The position numbers and the translations under genes are program-made. DNA of 31,305 nt from Amoeboradix gromovi X-113 (taxonomy: Eukaryota; Fungi; Sanchytriomycota). The notes beneath the pieces were generated by a model. The model made no database searches, was not told where the DNA came from, and saw nothing but the letters and a program-made list of their open reading frames with translations. Every line of letters begins with the position of its first letter. The stretch's first letter is position 1. This document shows positions 1 to 9,025 of this stretch, piece by piece. The stretch covers positions 1 to 31,305 of the forward strand of contig JADGIF010000036.1 of assembly GCA_018985225.1 (NCBI GenBank), given 5' to 3'.

Positions 1-252
1 TACCAGTACCAATAAAAAGAAGTCCTATGATATTGAGAGTTGTTTATTTTTTGTCTTTTTCACTTTCACGCCAGCGGTTCAGATAATTCCGGGTTTCGAG
101 TCCCGAATGGGGTAAGCCGCCCTTATGTCATTGCTCAATATCCCACTACTGCTATCTGAATCAACCAGCACAATTAACTTGGTCTATTTTATATCTGAAA
201 TATAAAAAGACGAAAGCACAGTAAGACACGAGTTAGAAACGAACTATATTTA

Positions 253-1890
253 TTATCGCTGGACCTGTTCAATTGCTGTATCTAATATCTTGCTTACATG
301 TATCGCCATCTCTTCTTGGAATGGTAATGCTATTATCTGAATTCCTACAGGAAGTGGTACCGATGCATCGTAGTATTCCTTAAGATTACGTTCTCCAATA
401 TTGCTGCACTTTGCATTCCAAGTGTCAGTAGATTCTACAGTTGTTATAGGGTGTGCTACTACTGGCATGTTCAAATAACTTGTTACAACGGAATAATAGT
501 TACCCAACGCGCATTTATCAAATTTATTAATCAAATGTGCTGGAGTACTACTTATTGGACAAATAATAACATCAAATTCGTTTTCAAGCATTACAGTCAT
601 AAACTTAGATTGATGTTGCTTTCTTAACAAATCACAGTCTTGTAACTCCTGAGCTCCTTTAGTATAAAAGTTCTGCAAGAATACAATCAAGGTCGGATCA
701 TTATAAATACCGGCTATAAACAGTAAAATATAAATTATAAAGTCAGGCAACAGAATAAAACAAATCAACAAATACAACCACTTTTCTGGTAAATCTCCAT
801 TAGTGTTTATTAAATTTCTAGCACCGTCTGCTGTAAACAACTTCATGGCATTTCCAAACATTTCTGTAGCATTTCTTATATTTATTAAACACGTGGTATG
901 GCCATGTTGTTGCAATTTAGATGTGGCTAACAAAACACCTCTATGACTAGCAGGACTTGCTTTGATAAAGTCGGTGTCTATAAAATAACCAATCCTCAAC
1001 GGTTTGCTTGCAACTTGCTGATAGAGCAATGGCACTGCTTTTGGATCTAGTTTGAAGAACACTTGGCAAGTCATTAGCTTGAACAGAAGTTGAAGGTCGT
1101 CTACACTGCGGGCCATGGGACCCATAACCACTTGTATGTATGGGGTACCATGCAATAATCGTACCTTGTTGTTAATACTACGCGCTTCGGTAGGTCTAAG
1201 ACCATACACGCCGCAATACCCGCTTGGGAATCTGATGGAACCAGCTATATCAGAACCAATACCAAATGCAGCACCATTGCATTTCAATAAACAAGCTTCA
1301 CCGCCACTTGAACCACCAGGAGAGTATTTTGGATTAATTGGATTTAAAGTATAACCAAAAACATTATTACTACACTCAGTAGCAAATAAAGATTGAGGCA
1401 CATTGGTTTTACAGATAAGAATAGCACCTAAATCTAAAAAGCCTTGAACCACCGCAGAATTACGTTTTGAAGGATCGAAGCATTTGTTGCCATAACCAAG
1501 GGATGTATCTACACCTTCTACATCAAAAGTATCTTTGCAGCTAAATGGGATGCCTCTCAATGGAAGGGAATCAGCCGCAAGTTCAGTACTCAACAAATCC
1601 AGTTCATGCGCACGTTTAATTGCTGTTTCAAACAAGCATTCAGTTATGCAATTGAATTGAATATGTGCCTGATGTGCAGCATTGCAGAATGCTAAAGTGA
1701 CTTGAAAACAAGAATACTTTTTAGTTGAAATCCATTGTGATAGCAGTTTGATGTTTGAGGAAACAATGCTATGGTGGTCGGGACAGGTTGTATTGATATC
1801 TGTAGTAATTGATTGTGGAATATTGTCATAGATGCGTTGGATTTCATGCTGTTTCCACTTCTTTTTTTGATACGCAGTAATGTAATTCAT
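253..1890 (-). CDS. Amidase signature family protein (FAAH/acetamidase-like)
   Basis: 545-aa ORF with amidase signature GGSSGGE...GSDIAGSIRFP, catalytic Lys region IPFSCKD, KTNVPQ and C-terminal LPVGIQII. Confidence 0.9.
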   Translation of the reverse strand: MNYITAYQKKKWKQHEIQRIYDNIPQSITTDINTTCPDHHSIVSSNIKLLSQWISTKKYSCFQVTLAFCNAAHQAHIQFNCITECLFETAIKRAHELDLLSTELAADSLPLRGIPFSCKDTFDVEGVDTSLGYGNKCFDPSKRNSAVVQGFLDLGAILICKTNVPQSLFATECSNNVFGYTLNPINPKYSPGGSSGGEACLLKCNGAAFGIGSDIAGSIRFPSGYCGVYGLRPTEARSINNKVRLLHGTPYIQVVMGPMARSVDDLQLLFKLMTCQVFFKLDPKAVPLLYQQVASKPLRIGYFIDTDFIKASPASHRGVLLATSKLQQHGHTTCLINIRNATEMFGNAMKLFTADGARNLINTNGDLPEKWLYLLICFILLPDFIIYILLFIAGIYNDPTLIVFLQNFYTKGAQELQDCDLLRKQHQSKFMTVMLENEFDVIICPISSTPAHLINKFDKCALGNYYSVVTSYLNMPVVAHPITTVESTDTWNAKCSNIGERNLKEYYDASVPLPVGIQIIALPFQEEMAIHVSKILDTAIEQVQR

Positions 1891-2015
1891 TGTTTGAAAA
1901 ATAAAATAAAAATAACAAATTTGGCATATCCCAAGGCGTTTTACAGTTCGATTGTTTTCTTGAATAAATCATTTATCGCAAATTTGTATGCATTTTTATG
2001 TAATTTCATGACATA

Positions 2016-2073
2016 ATGGATGTAGTCCCGAACATGTCAAATCTAAAGAAATAACAAGCAGGTACAGCATACA
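2016..2073 (+). pseudogene. tnpA: IS607-family TnpA (serine recombinase) N-terminal HTH fragment
   Basis: Reads PEHVKSKEITSRYSI from 2027. Joined with the overlapping copy B segment it gives HVKSKEITSRYSIHSSTxxNWSKHGRIRCLSMP, resembling the MerR-like HTH at the N-terminus of IS607 TnpA (recognised by eye). Confidence 0.6.
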
Positions 2074-2395
2074 AAGACATATGATCATATATACTTGCCA
2101 TCGTTCAATACTAGTCAAATGATAATTAGCTTGTCGAGCAAGTCGCAAGAAATATGACTACAATGTCCTATTACACATTCAAGCAACGCTTGAAGTTCAA
2201 GTGCAAACAAAGAGGAAAGACGATAATCGAATGCAATGAATCATTTACTAGTCATACATGTACGAGGTATGGTACTCTAAAGAAAACCTACTTAGAAACT
2301 TGCACCTGTACCAATTGTCATTTGAAGATAGAGACCATATAGCAGCAAGGAACATATACCAGTATCTGCATCCTTATTCAATACCGCCTCGGGGT
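2074..2395 (+). pseudogene. Fanzor2/TnpB C-terminal fragment (RuvC-II region, Zn ribbon, RuvC-III), frameshifted
   Basis: KTYDHIYLPSFNTSQMIISLSSK/VARNMTTMSYYTFKQRLKFKCKQRGKTIIECNESFTSHTCTRYGTLKKTYLETCTCTNCHLKI/DRDHIAARNIY. Shows the TS-x-TC Zn ribbon and DRD-x-x-AARNI motif of TnpB/Fanzor, with at least two frameshifts. Confidence 0.88.
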
Positions 2396-2515
2396 AGTGA
2401 AAGCGTGAGCAATCACTGTAACGGTGCATCTAGCATTGCTACTTTCTCTGTGGAAATTCTCAATTTTCTTGGAAATCTGGACTTTTAGCGAGGAGACTAA
2501 GGGTAAAAGCGAAAT
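2360..2515 (+). ncRNA. Putative Fanzor omegaRNA (scaffold to 2495 plus about 20-nt flank-derived guide), copy A
   Basis: Right-end block conserved in all three copies. Hairpins AGTGA-aa-GC-GTGA-GC-aa-TCACT (2396-2417) and TAGC-att-GCTA (2431-2441). Loop CCTCG (2387-2391) is complementary to CGAGG (2489-2493). The 5' boundary is a guess and expression is not shown. Confidence 0.55.
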
Positions 2516-2762
2516 AATAAAAATGAAGTACGACAAGTTTGGCAAAAGAACTTTGAGTGTTGTAAAACGTTTAATAACATATATTCAATGCTCCGGCTGA
2601 ATTTGCACTACGAAAACCCCTGAGCAGAATTGTCATATCATTGAGAGTCCATATTTATGGATTTTTTGGCAGAAATACGGAGTACCGCTTGATTTGACCA
2701 GATGATGGGATATTGGACAAGTTTCGCTTTGTTTGTAACTTGTGGAGTGTCCCATCGTAACC

Positions 2763-2780
2763 TTCTAGAAAATGACGTGA
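2763..2780 (+). promoter_or_regulatory. Partial heat-shock element (TTCTAGAA) next to a UPRE-like motif (TGACGTGA) upstream of GRP94
   Basis: TTCTAGAA at 2763-2770 and TGACGTGA at 2773-2780, ending 33 bp before the ATG of an ER chaperone. Confidence 0.45.
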
Positions 2781-2813
2781 CCAAGATTTCGAAATCAAAT
2801 TCCCCGTGAATCA

Positions 2814-5108
2814 ATGCTTCTCATCTCTTTATTGGCATTTGCTGATCAGTTGCAATTTACTGCTGATCATTCCAAACTAATGAAGACTCTTGTAGACAGC
2901 CTCTACAAAAACAAGGAAATCTTTTTGAGAGAGTTGCTGTCCAACTCTGCTGATGCACTTGACAAGTACAAGCTGACTGCATTAAGAGATCATTCTTCAG
3001 ATAGTGATGTTTCTAGTTTAGAAATCAAAGTGATTCCTGACAAGGAGCGTGGTGTATTAGAAATTATTGATAACGGAGTTGGCATGTCCATGCAGGAGCT
3101 AATCGATAATCTCGGAACTATTTCCAAATCTGGTACTTCTGAATTCCAAGCTGAGCATGCAAATGACAAGGACCTAATTGGACAGTTTGGTGTCGGGTTT
3201 TATTCTTCTTTTTTAGTTGCTGATCGTGTTGATGTTATAAGTGCCAAGGACAACCAGCAGTCCTTATGGACTAGCGATTATAGTAAGGGCAATGGTTATA
3301 CAGTTGAAAAGGATACCAAACATGAGCCTCTCGGAAGGGGCACCCGTATTATCCTTCATTTGAGAGACTCCGCCAAATCGTTTTTAGAACAAAAAGAGTT
3401 GGAGGAACTAATCGGAAAATACACCCAATTCATCTCATTCCCTATCAAGCTGCGTGGTGAAATTAAAAAGGACGATGTTGATGAAGACGAAGATGAAGTA
3501 GAAGAAGTTGACATGGACGAGGATAAAGATGGAAAGAGAGAGGAAAAAAAAGACATGAAGGAATCAAAAGAAACTGTTAAATGGACCCAAATCAATGCTA
3601 ACAAACCATTGTGGACAATGAAAGAGTCCGAGTTGAGTTTCGAGGATTATTCCGAATTTTACAAAAAGGCTTTTAAGCAATATGAAGAGCCACTACATTA
3701 CATTCACTTTAAAGCGTCTGCAGGCGTTAATGATTTCAATGCTCTGTTGTTTATTCCAAAAACACCTGCTCTGCCTACTGCTGTCGGCTCCGCAAAGAAC
3801 AATAAGATCAAAGTCTATGTTCGTAGAGTTTTTATTACCGACAATTTGGAAGACTTCTTACCCAACTACCTCTCATTTATCAGTGGTATTATTGATGCTG
3901 ATGACTTCCCATTGAATGTGGCACGTGAAACTCTGCAGCAATCCAGCACAATCACTGCAGTTAAAAGCAGTATTAAATCTAAAATCATCAAGTCGTTCAT
4001 TCAACTATCATCTAATGACCCTGAACTATATAACACTAAATTTTGGCCTGCTTATGGTGGTAGTATTAAATTGGGTATAATTGAGGATAGTGACAGTAAA
4101 ACTAAGTTAGCACCATTGCTAAGGTTCCGAACTAGCTGGTACGACGTAGAACAAGATGTTGGAGACACTTTGGATGAGGAAGTTAAAGGAAATGTGTTGA
4201 AAGGTGCAAATAGCGAGGATGACGATGAGGACGATACACCTAGCCAAGAGTCCTTGAAATGGGAAAAAGAATCTTCTTTAACTTCCTTTGATTCCTATAT
4301 TAGTAGGATGAAGAAGGATCAGAAGGACATCTACTATTTGTGTGGAGAAAGCATAACCGAGATAAAACGATCGCCTTACATTGAATCCTTGATCAACAAT
4401 GGATTTGAGGTGCTTTATTTACCAGATGTGCATGACGAGTATTTGATGCAACAATTTAAAGAGTACAAAAAGGGAGAGACAGAGTACAAGCTGACTTCGG
4501 CAACAAAATATGAGGAGAAGGAAGACGAGGATTTAGTTGAACAGTTTAGTCCATTAACTGTGTTCTTAACCTCCCATTTTGAGAAATATGTGGACAAGGT
4601 AGTTATAAGTACTAGATTAACAACCAGCCCAGGTGCTTTAATAGCAGGTGCTACTGGTGTCTCTGGAAATATGGAGAGAATATTGAAGAGTCAGCTTAAC
4701 AACATGGGATCAAGTGTAAAAGACCAGAAAAACAGCGGAAACTGGCAACTGGACATGGCATTAAAAAGCAAAAAGATATGGGAAATCAATCCTTATCATC
4801 CACTGATTAATGGGCTACTACAGAAAGTGATCTATTTGGAAGATACATTTGACGCTAGCCAGCCAGAGAGTATAGTGAAGGCGCGAAATAGAGACGTATT
4901 ACGAATATGTGCATTATTGTATGATTCTATAAGCGTTAGAAGCGGGTATGGTTTGCGAGATGCGCTAAGGTTTGGAAAGAGATTAGATAAGATTTTAAGT
5001 AAAGAGTTGGGAGTAGATAGCGATAAGATGCTAAAGCCAGAAAAGAAAGAAAAGAAAGAGTCTGAAGAAATAGAACAGGACGAAAATGAGGAAAAAGAAG
5101 AATTGTGA
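2814..5108 (+). CDS. HSP90B1: ER Hsp90 (endoplasmin/GRP94)
   Basis: Hsp90 motifs LYKNKEIFLRELLSNSADALDK, NLGTISKSGT, IGQFGVGFYSSFLVAD, PLNVARETLQQ. Short hydrophobic N-terminus and C-terminal ER-retention-like KEEL instead of MEEVD. Confidence 0.92.
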   Translation: MLLISLLAFADQLQFTADHSKLMKTLVDSLYKNKEIFLRELLSNSADALDKYKLTALRDHSSDSDVSSLEIKVIPDKERGVLEIIDNGVGMSMQELIDNLGTISKSGTSEFQAEHANDKDLIGQFGVGFYSSFLVADRVDVISAKDNQQSLWTSDYSKGNGYTVEKDTKHEPLGRGTRIILHLRDSAKSFLEQKELEELIGKYTQFISFPIKLRGEIKKDDVDEDEDEVEEVDMDEDKDGKREEKKDMKESKETVKWTQINANKPLWTMKESELSFEDYSEFYKKAFKQYEEPLHYIHFKASAGVNDFNALLFIPKTPALPTAVGSAKNNKIKVYVRRVFITDNLEDFLPNYLSFISGIIDADDFPLNVARETLQQSSTITAVKSSIKSKIIKSFIQLSSNDPELYNTKFWPAYGGSIKLGIIEDSDSKTKLAPLLRFRTSWYDVEQDVGDTLDEEVKGNVLKGANSEDDDEDDTPSQESLKWEKESSLTSFDSYISRMKKDQKDIYYLCGESITEIKRSPYIESLINNGFEVLYLPDVHDEYLMQQFKEYKKGETEYKLTSATKYEEKEDEDLVEQFSPLTVFLTSHFEKYVDKVVISTRLTTSPGALIAGATGVSGNMERILKSQLNNMGSSVKDQKNSGNWQLDMALKSKKIWEINPYHPLINGLLQKVIYLEDTFDASQPESIVKARNRDVLRICALLYDSISVRSGYGLRDALRFGKRLDKILSKELGVDSDKMLKPEKKEKKESEEIEQDENEEKEEL

Positions 5109-5246
5109 TCAATAAATTTTGAACCTTCAATTTAATTATTTGTTACAGGTCCGTGTTTTGAATAAAAAGGCAATCTTGGATTTTGCGACGTGTAAAACAA
5201 ATGACTCATTAGCACATGGGCTAAAATGATGTTAGGTTGATGGCCT

Positions 5247-6554
5247 ATGGGACAAAACAAGATGTATAGATATAAGGAGAAACTGGCTCGTAGAGCAGGA
5301 TATGTGAGCACTACAGCTTTTATATATATGCTGATTTTAATATCACTGCTTTATGCACCTAAAACAATCCCATTAATATCCATCATACGTGTCAAGCATA
5401 ACTTAACAGGCTCCCTCAATGAAAATGTTATAGTACATCAAGAGTTCTGCAAAACAATCATACATGAGAGATATGATAGCTTGAGAAATAGAACATACTA
5501 CTTAGCTATAAATTTGCATAACAACGAAGAAGTACTAGCACATTTGTTAACAAGTGTGAACAAGTTTATAGAGTACGTTGGGCCAGAAAGGGTATTCTTG
5601 AGCATTTTTGAAAGCGGAAGTACCGATGAAACAAAATCATTACTTTCAAAATTCATTTTTATATTCAAATGTAGCTTCAAGGTAGAAACATCGCCAATAT
5701 CAAACAATGTGGAAAATCCAACAAAGCTTAAAAAATACAAAAACCATCGAATCGATTTTCTAGTTCATGTTAGAAATAAGGCGATGAACCCGTTTTATAG
5801 TGGTGTCGCAGTAAAAAAGCAATTTGCACAAAATTATGAAGCAAACCTTGATTATGACAGCATATTGTTTATAAATGACATCTACTTTTGCGCTAATGAT
5901 CTATTAGAATTAGAATACCAAAGAGTATTAAATAAAGGAGGGATGGCTTCCGGGATGGACTATGTAAGGTCAATCAGAAATAGTATAATATTCTACGACT
6001 CGTGGGTTGCTTTAGATAGAAATGGCTATAGCTTTAGATCCTCAAACTTTGACAATATTTACCGTGACACAGAATCTGCTCAAAGAGGAAAAGAGCAACT
6101 ACCTCTCCAGGTGACATGCGCTTGGAATGGTATGGTCTCTTTGAGTACAATACCGTTTAAAAACGGATATAAATTTAGAAGAGGAACAAATGGGACGCCG
6201 GCTGAGAAAACACCAGGCGAATGCTCCACCTCGGAATGTCAAACGCTATGTTTGGACTACATAAAAACAGGCTCTTCAAGAATCATAATGGTTCCCAGAG
6301 TTAAGGTTGCTTATAGCTGGAGCGATTATCTGATGCTAAAGAAAGAAGGTGACTACTATGATGCCATATTGCCAGACCAGCCATTTAAACCAACTGAAAG
6401 TGTTCCAATTCCGTTTCGGAAGTTTTCACCTAAATTTCATTGCCAGCCAAATTATGATGGCCATAGAGGTATTCGGATTACGAGAGGTGAATATTTCGAA
6501 GCGTATCCAGCTCATAAAAGCCCCGATAGTCTAATAAATACAAATGATTTTTAG
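5247..6554 (+). CDS. CAP59/CMT1-like alpha-1,3-mannosyltransferase (GT69)
   Basis: N-terminal TM segment. Motifs LAINLHNNE, SIFESGSTD, RIDFLVHVRNKAM, LFINDIYFC, FYDSWV, CAWNGM, ECSTSEC, MVPRVKVAY are typical of CAP59_mtransfer. Start codon uncertain. Confidence 0.85.
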   Translation: MGQNKMYRYKEKLARRAGYVSTTAFIYMLILISLLYAPKTIPLISIIRVKHNLTGSLNENVIVHQEFCKTIIHERYDSLRNRTYYLAINLHNNEEVLAHLLTSVNKFIEYVGPERVFLSIFESGSTDETKSLLSKFIFIFKCSFKVETSPISNNVENPTKLKKYKNHRIDFLVHVRNKAMNPFYSGVAVKKQFAQNYEANLDYDSILFINDIYFCANDLLELEYQRVLNKGGMASGMDYVRSIRNSIIFYDSWVALDRNGYSFRSSNFDNIYRDTESAQRGKEQLPLQVTCAWNGMVSLSTIPFKNGYKFRRGTNGTPAEKTPGECSTSECQTLCLDYIKTGSSRIIMVPRVKVAYSWSDYLMLKKEGDYYDAILPDQPFKPTESVPIPFRKFSPKFHCQPNYDGHRGIRITRGEYFEAYPAHKSPDSLINTNDF

Positions 6555-6887
6555 TATTTAGCTTTTATTTCTAGGATGATATCTCGTGGGACAGTGAAAT
6601 TAATTAATGCCTCAAAAGGTACAATCAGTAGAGCAGAAATATTTCACACTTTGTTACCTATGATCTATGAGACAAGTCGCTGTTACAAGTACATCTCTTG
6701 CCACTTAGATGTTAGCTAATGTTCATAATGATTTCGGTGTTGATACAATGTTCTAGTAGGATTTGCGCAACATAGTTTTTAGTGCTTTTTGATGTGATTT
6801 GGTATTTCAGTCAACTCTTTTTTCTTTTTCATCTCCTTCGCTCCAAATCTACTTTCATAGGGCGTGCCATCTCCTGTTTTATTCAGT

Positions 6888-7548
6888 ATGAATCTTTTCA
6901 AAGGCAGTAATAACAAAACATTTAAACCGAATAAAAAGATTGAGGAAGGCACTAAAAACCATCAACTAATGAAGTATGCTGCAGCTACTCTTGGTACTGG
7001 GAATTTGAGACAAGCCGTTAGGTGTCCACCGGATGAGAATGAAAATGAATGGCTGGCTGTTAATTGCATAGACTTTTATAATCAAATTAATCTGCTTTAT
7101 GGCACAATCACAGAGTTTTGTACTCCACAATCTTGTCCGATTATGACAGCAGGTCAGAAGTTTGAGTATCACTGGAGTGACGGTGTGAAAATTAAGACTC
7201 CAATTAAATGCTCAGCTCCAGAATATGTAGACTACTTAATGACATGGGTACAGGATCAATTTGAAGACGAATCTGTTTTTCCATCAAAGAGTGACTCTCA
7301 ATACCCAAAAGGATTTCGTAACACAATCGCCACTATTTTTAAAAGGTATTTCTGATTTATTTAGATTGTTCAGAGTATACGCACACGTATACCACTCCCA
7401 TATAACCAAAGTCGCTAGTCTGGGAGAAGAGGCGCATCTAAACACATCCTTCAAACATTTTATGTTTTTTGTGCAGGAATTTGTGCTAATCCAGCCAAAG
7501 GAATGTGAGCCAATGAAGGATGTTATTGATACTTTGCTGAATAAATAA
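6888..7548 (+). CDS. MOB1: MOB kinase activator 1 (exons 6888-7345 and 7365-7548)
   Basis: ATLGTGNLRQAV, NEWLAVN, LYGTITEFCT, CPIMTAG, SAPEYVDYLMTW. Removing a 19-nt GT-AG intron restores the conserved FKRLFRVYAHVYHSH...EEAHLNTSFKHF. Confidence 0.95.
7346..7364 (+). other. 19-nt spliceosomal intron in MOB1
   Basis: GTATTTCTGATTTATTTAG. Its excision joins AAA AG|A TTG TTC AGA (KRLFR). Confidence 0.9.
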
Positions 7549-7614
7549 TCATAAACATTTTATTTTTAGGAATTTATGAGGTCATGGAGATAAAACAAGT
7601 CAGTTTAAATTCAA

Positions 7615-8214
7615 ATGACAGATTCTGATGTATGGTTTATAGCCGAAATAGGGTTACATATTCTAATTCTATCAACATTGATCGGGTACTTTACATATTC
7701 CTATCCACTTCCAGAGCTCTCATGGCAGCTTTTAGGATATTACACAACTGCAATGGGCTTGCACTTGCTGATTGTGGTATTCCCCAGCCATCCTGTAACA
7801 TCCTTTTATCATTTTCCAAGATACTACCAGCTCTATTGTTTTGGACACGTGGCGCATAGATTTGCACTGTTCAACTTGAAGTACTGGATGCCTAAATCAT
7901 GGGAAGTCAGAGCGATAGTTTTGATTCTGATTGGTAACTTTAGTTGCGTTACGTTTGATACAGCAGGAATTGATATCTCTGGTGGCTGGTTTGTTTTTAA
8001 CATGAGCATAAATGCAATAACTCAGATAAAGATCAAAAACAGATTCATGTATCCTGTGTTTATAAACTATTTAATGTCGCTGACAATGGTGGTACTGTAC
8101 TACACAAATTGGCCTAAATTCTATGTTTTTTGGTATCTGAACTATACTGCATTTGTTATTATGCGAATAGAATCTGCAAAATTGGAGAAAGACGGGACGC
8201 CGTTGGTCACTTGA
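7615..8214 (+). CDS. Multi-pass membrane protein, possibly a divergent ERD2/KDEL-receptor (PQ-loop fold) relative
   Basis: 199 aa with several hydrophobic segments. Weak by-eye resemblance of WFVFNMSINAITQI and LYYTNWPKFY to ERD2 C-terminal motifs. The ORF is likely real but the family call is tentative. Confidence 0.5.
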   Translation: MTDSDVWFIAEIGLHILILSTLIGYFTYSYPLPELSWQLLGYYTTAMGLHLLIVVFPSHPVTSFYHFPRYYQLYCFGHVAHRFALFNLKYWMPKSWEVRAIVLILIGNFSCVTFDTAGIDISGGWFVFNMSINAITQIKIKNRFMYPVFINYLMSLTMVVLYYTNWPKFYVFWYLNYTAFVIMRIESAKLEKDGTPLVT

Positions 8215-8869
8215 TCTAAAGCAAATGCTAAAAATGTATTTGCTGGATAATCACACCCAAAGCATTAGACATTGAACAAATCATAAATAAAATTATTATT
8301 TTCATATGTTGCGCCAACGATAAAAGCAACCGAAATATTATGTAGAAGTGAAATTTATTTTAGAAACTCCAATAAATACAAGAGAAGTCGATTGCCCGAA
8401 TGCACTCGCACATGCGAAAGCCTTGGGGAAATTTGAATGCCGCTCTGGGATCAAATTTCAGAAAATGTCCCCAGCCAAGTCCGAAGACCACCCGGACAGA
8501 TGTGTAACTCCCATAATATGCCATTAGGTCTTTTCCAGATATGAAAAATGCACTAGCAGTATATCTTTCAAAAAAGTTTGGCTGATTAGCACCTGGAATA
8601 TGTTGCAACATCCCAAGCAATAAACGTTTTCATATTGTGTCTTGATGCTTGTAATGTCATCTTGTTCGCAAACAAAGTAGTATTTGGAAGTCTTTCTTTG
8701 TCTGTTGACATGAGCATTCTGGATTCCCAGTGTGGTTTCTAGGTGTTCTTCCTACTTTGAAATGTGAACATTTCGTCAGAATGGGACTCAGGTATCTAGT
8801 GCAAAGAAAGAACTATGATTAAGTAAGCATGACAGTTTACTATTGGTATTTCGTAATTTTTGCATTAAA

Positions 8870-9025
8870 TAAAATGGTTTCAGCGATCTCTCCTCGCCAA
8901 AAGTCCTGATTTCAGAGAAAATCGAGAATTTCCACAGAGAAAGTAGCAATGCCAAATGCTCTGTTACAGTGAGTGCTCAAGCCTTCAGTACCCTGAGGTT
9001 GGATTGAATAGGGATGCAGATACTT
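8870..9025 (-). ncRNA. Putative Fanzor omegaRNA, copy B
   Basis: Same right-end scaffold as copies A and C, with some stem-disrupting substitutions, followed by the flank AGATCGCTGAAACCATTTTA. Boundaries inferred. Confidence 0.45.

Larger units (their letters stand above)
1942..2495 (+). mobile_element. Non-autonomous IS607-like Fanzor2 element, copy A (LE - tnpA remnant - Fanzor C-terminal remnant - omegaRNA/RE)
   Basis: Homologous to 8890-9452 and 14364-14925. Similarity begins at TACAG (1942-1946) and ends at GAGGAG (2490-2495). Contains PEHVKSKEITSRYSI and KTYDHIYLPSFNTSQM...FKQRLKFKC...CNESFTSHTCTR...(D)RDHIAARNIY in broken frames. Confidence 0.88.

Noticed and set aside
60-115. tRNA-Glu-like fragment (CTTTCAC ... 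CGGG-TTTCGAGT-CCCG-AATGGGG)
   Set aside because: A T-arm/B-box-like hairpin is present but has an extra T, and I could not build a D-arm or matching acceptor 5' strand. At most a tRNA relic; tRNAscan-SE would decide.
1936-2511. Apparent inverted repeat flanking copy A (gcgttttac / gtaaaagcg) as TIRs
   Set aside because: It lies mostly outside the boundaries shared by the three copies and is absent from B and C, so it is probably chance.
8360-8620. 86-aa minus-strand ORF
   Set aside because: No recognisable motif and surrounding frames are broken. Possibly a pseudogene relic, but not assignable.
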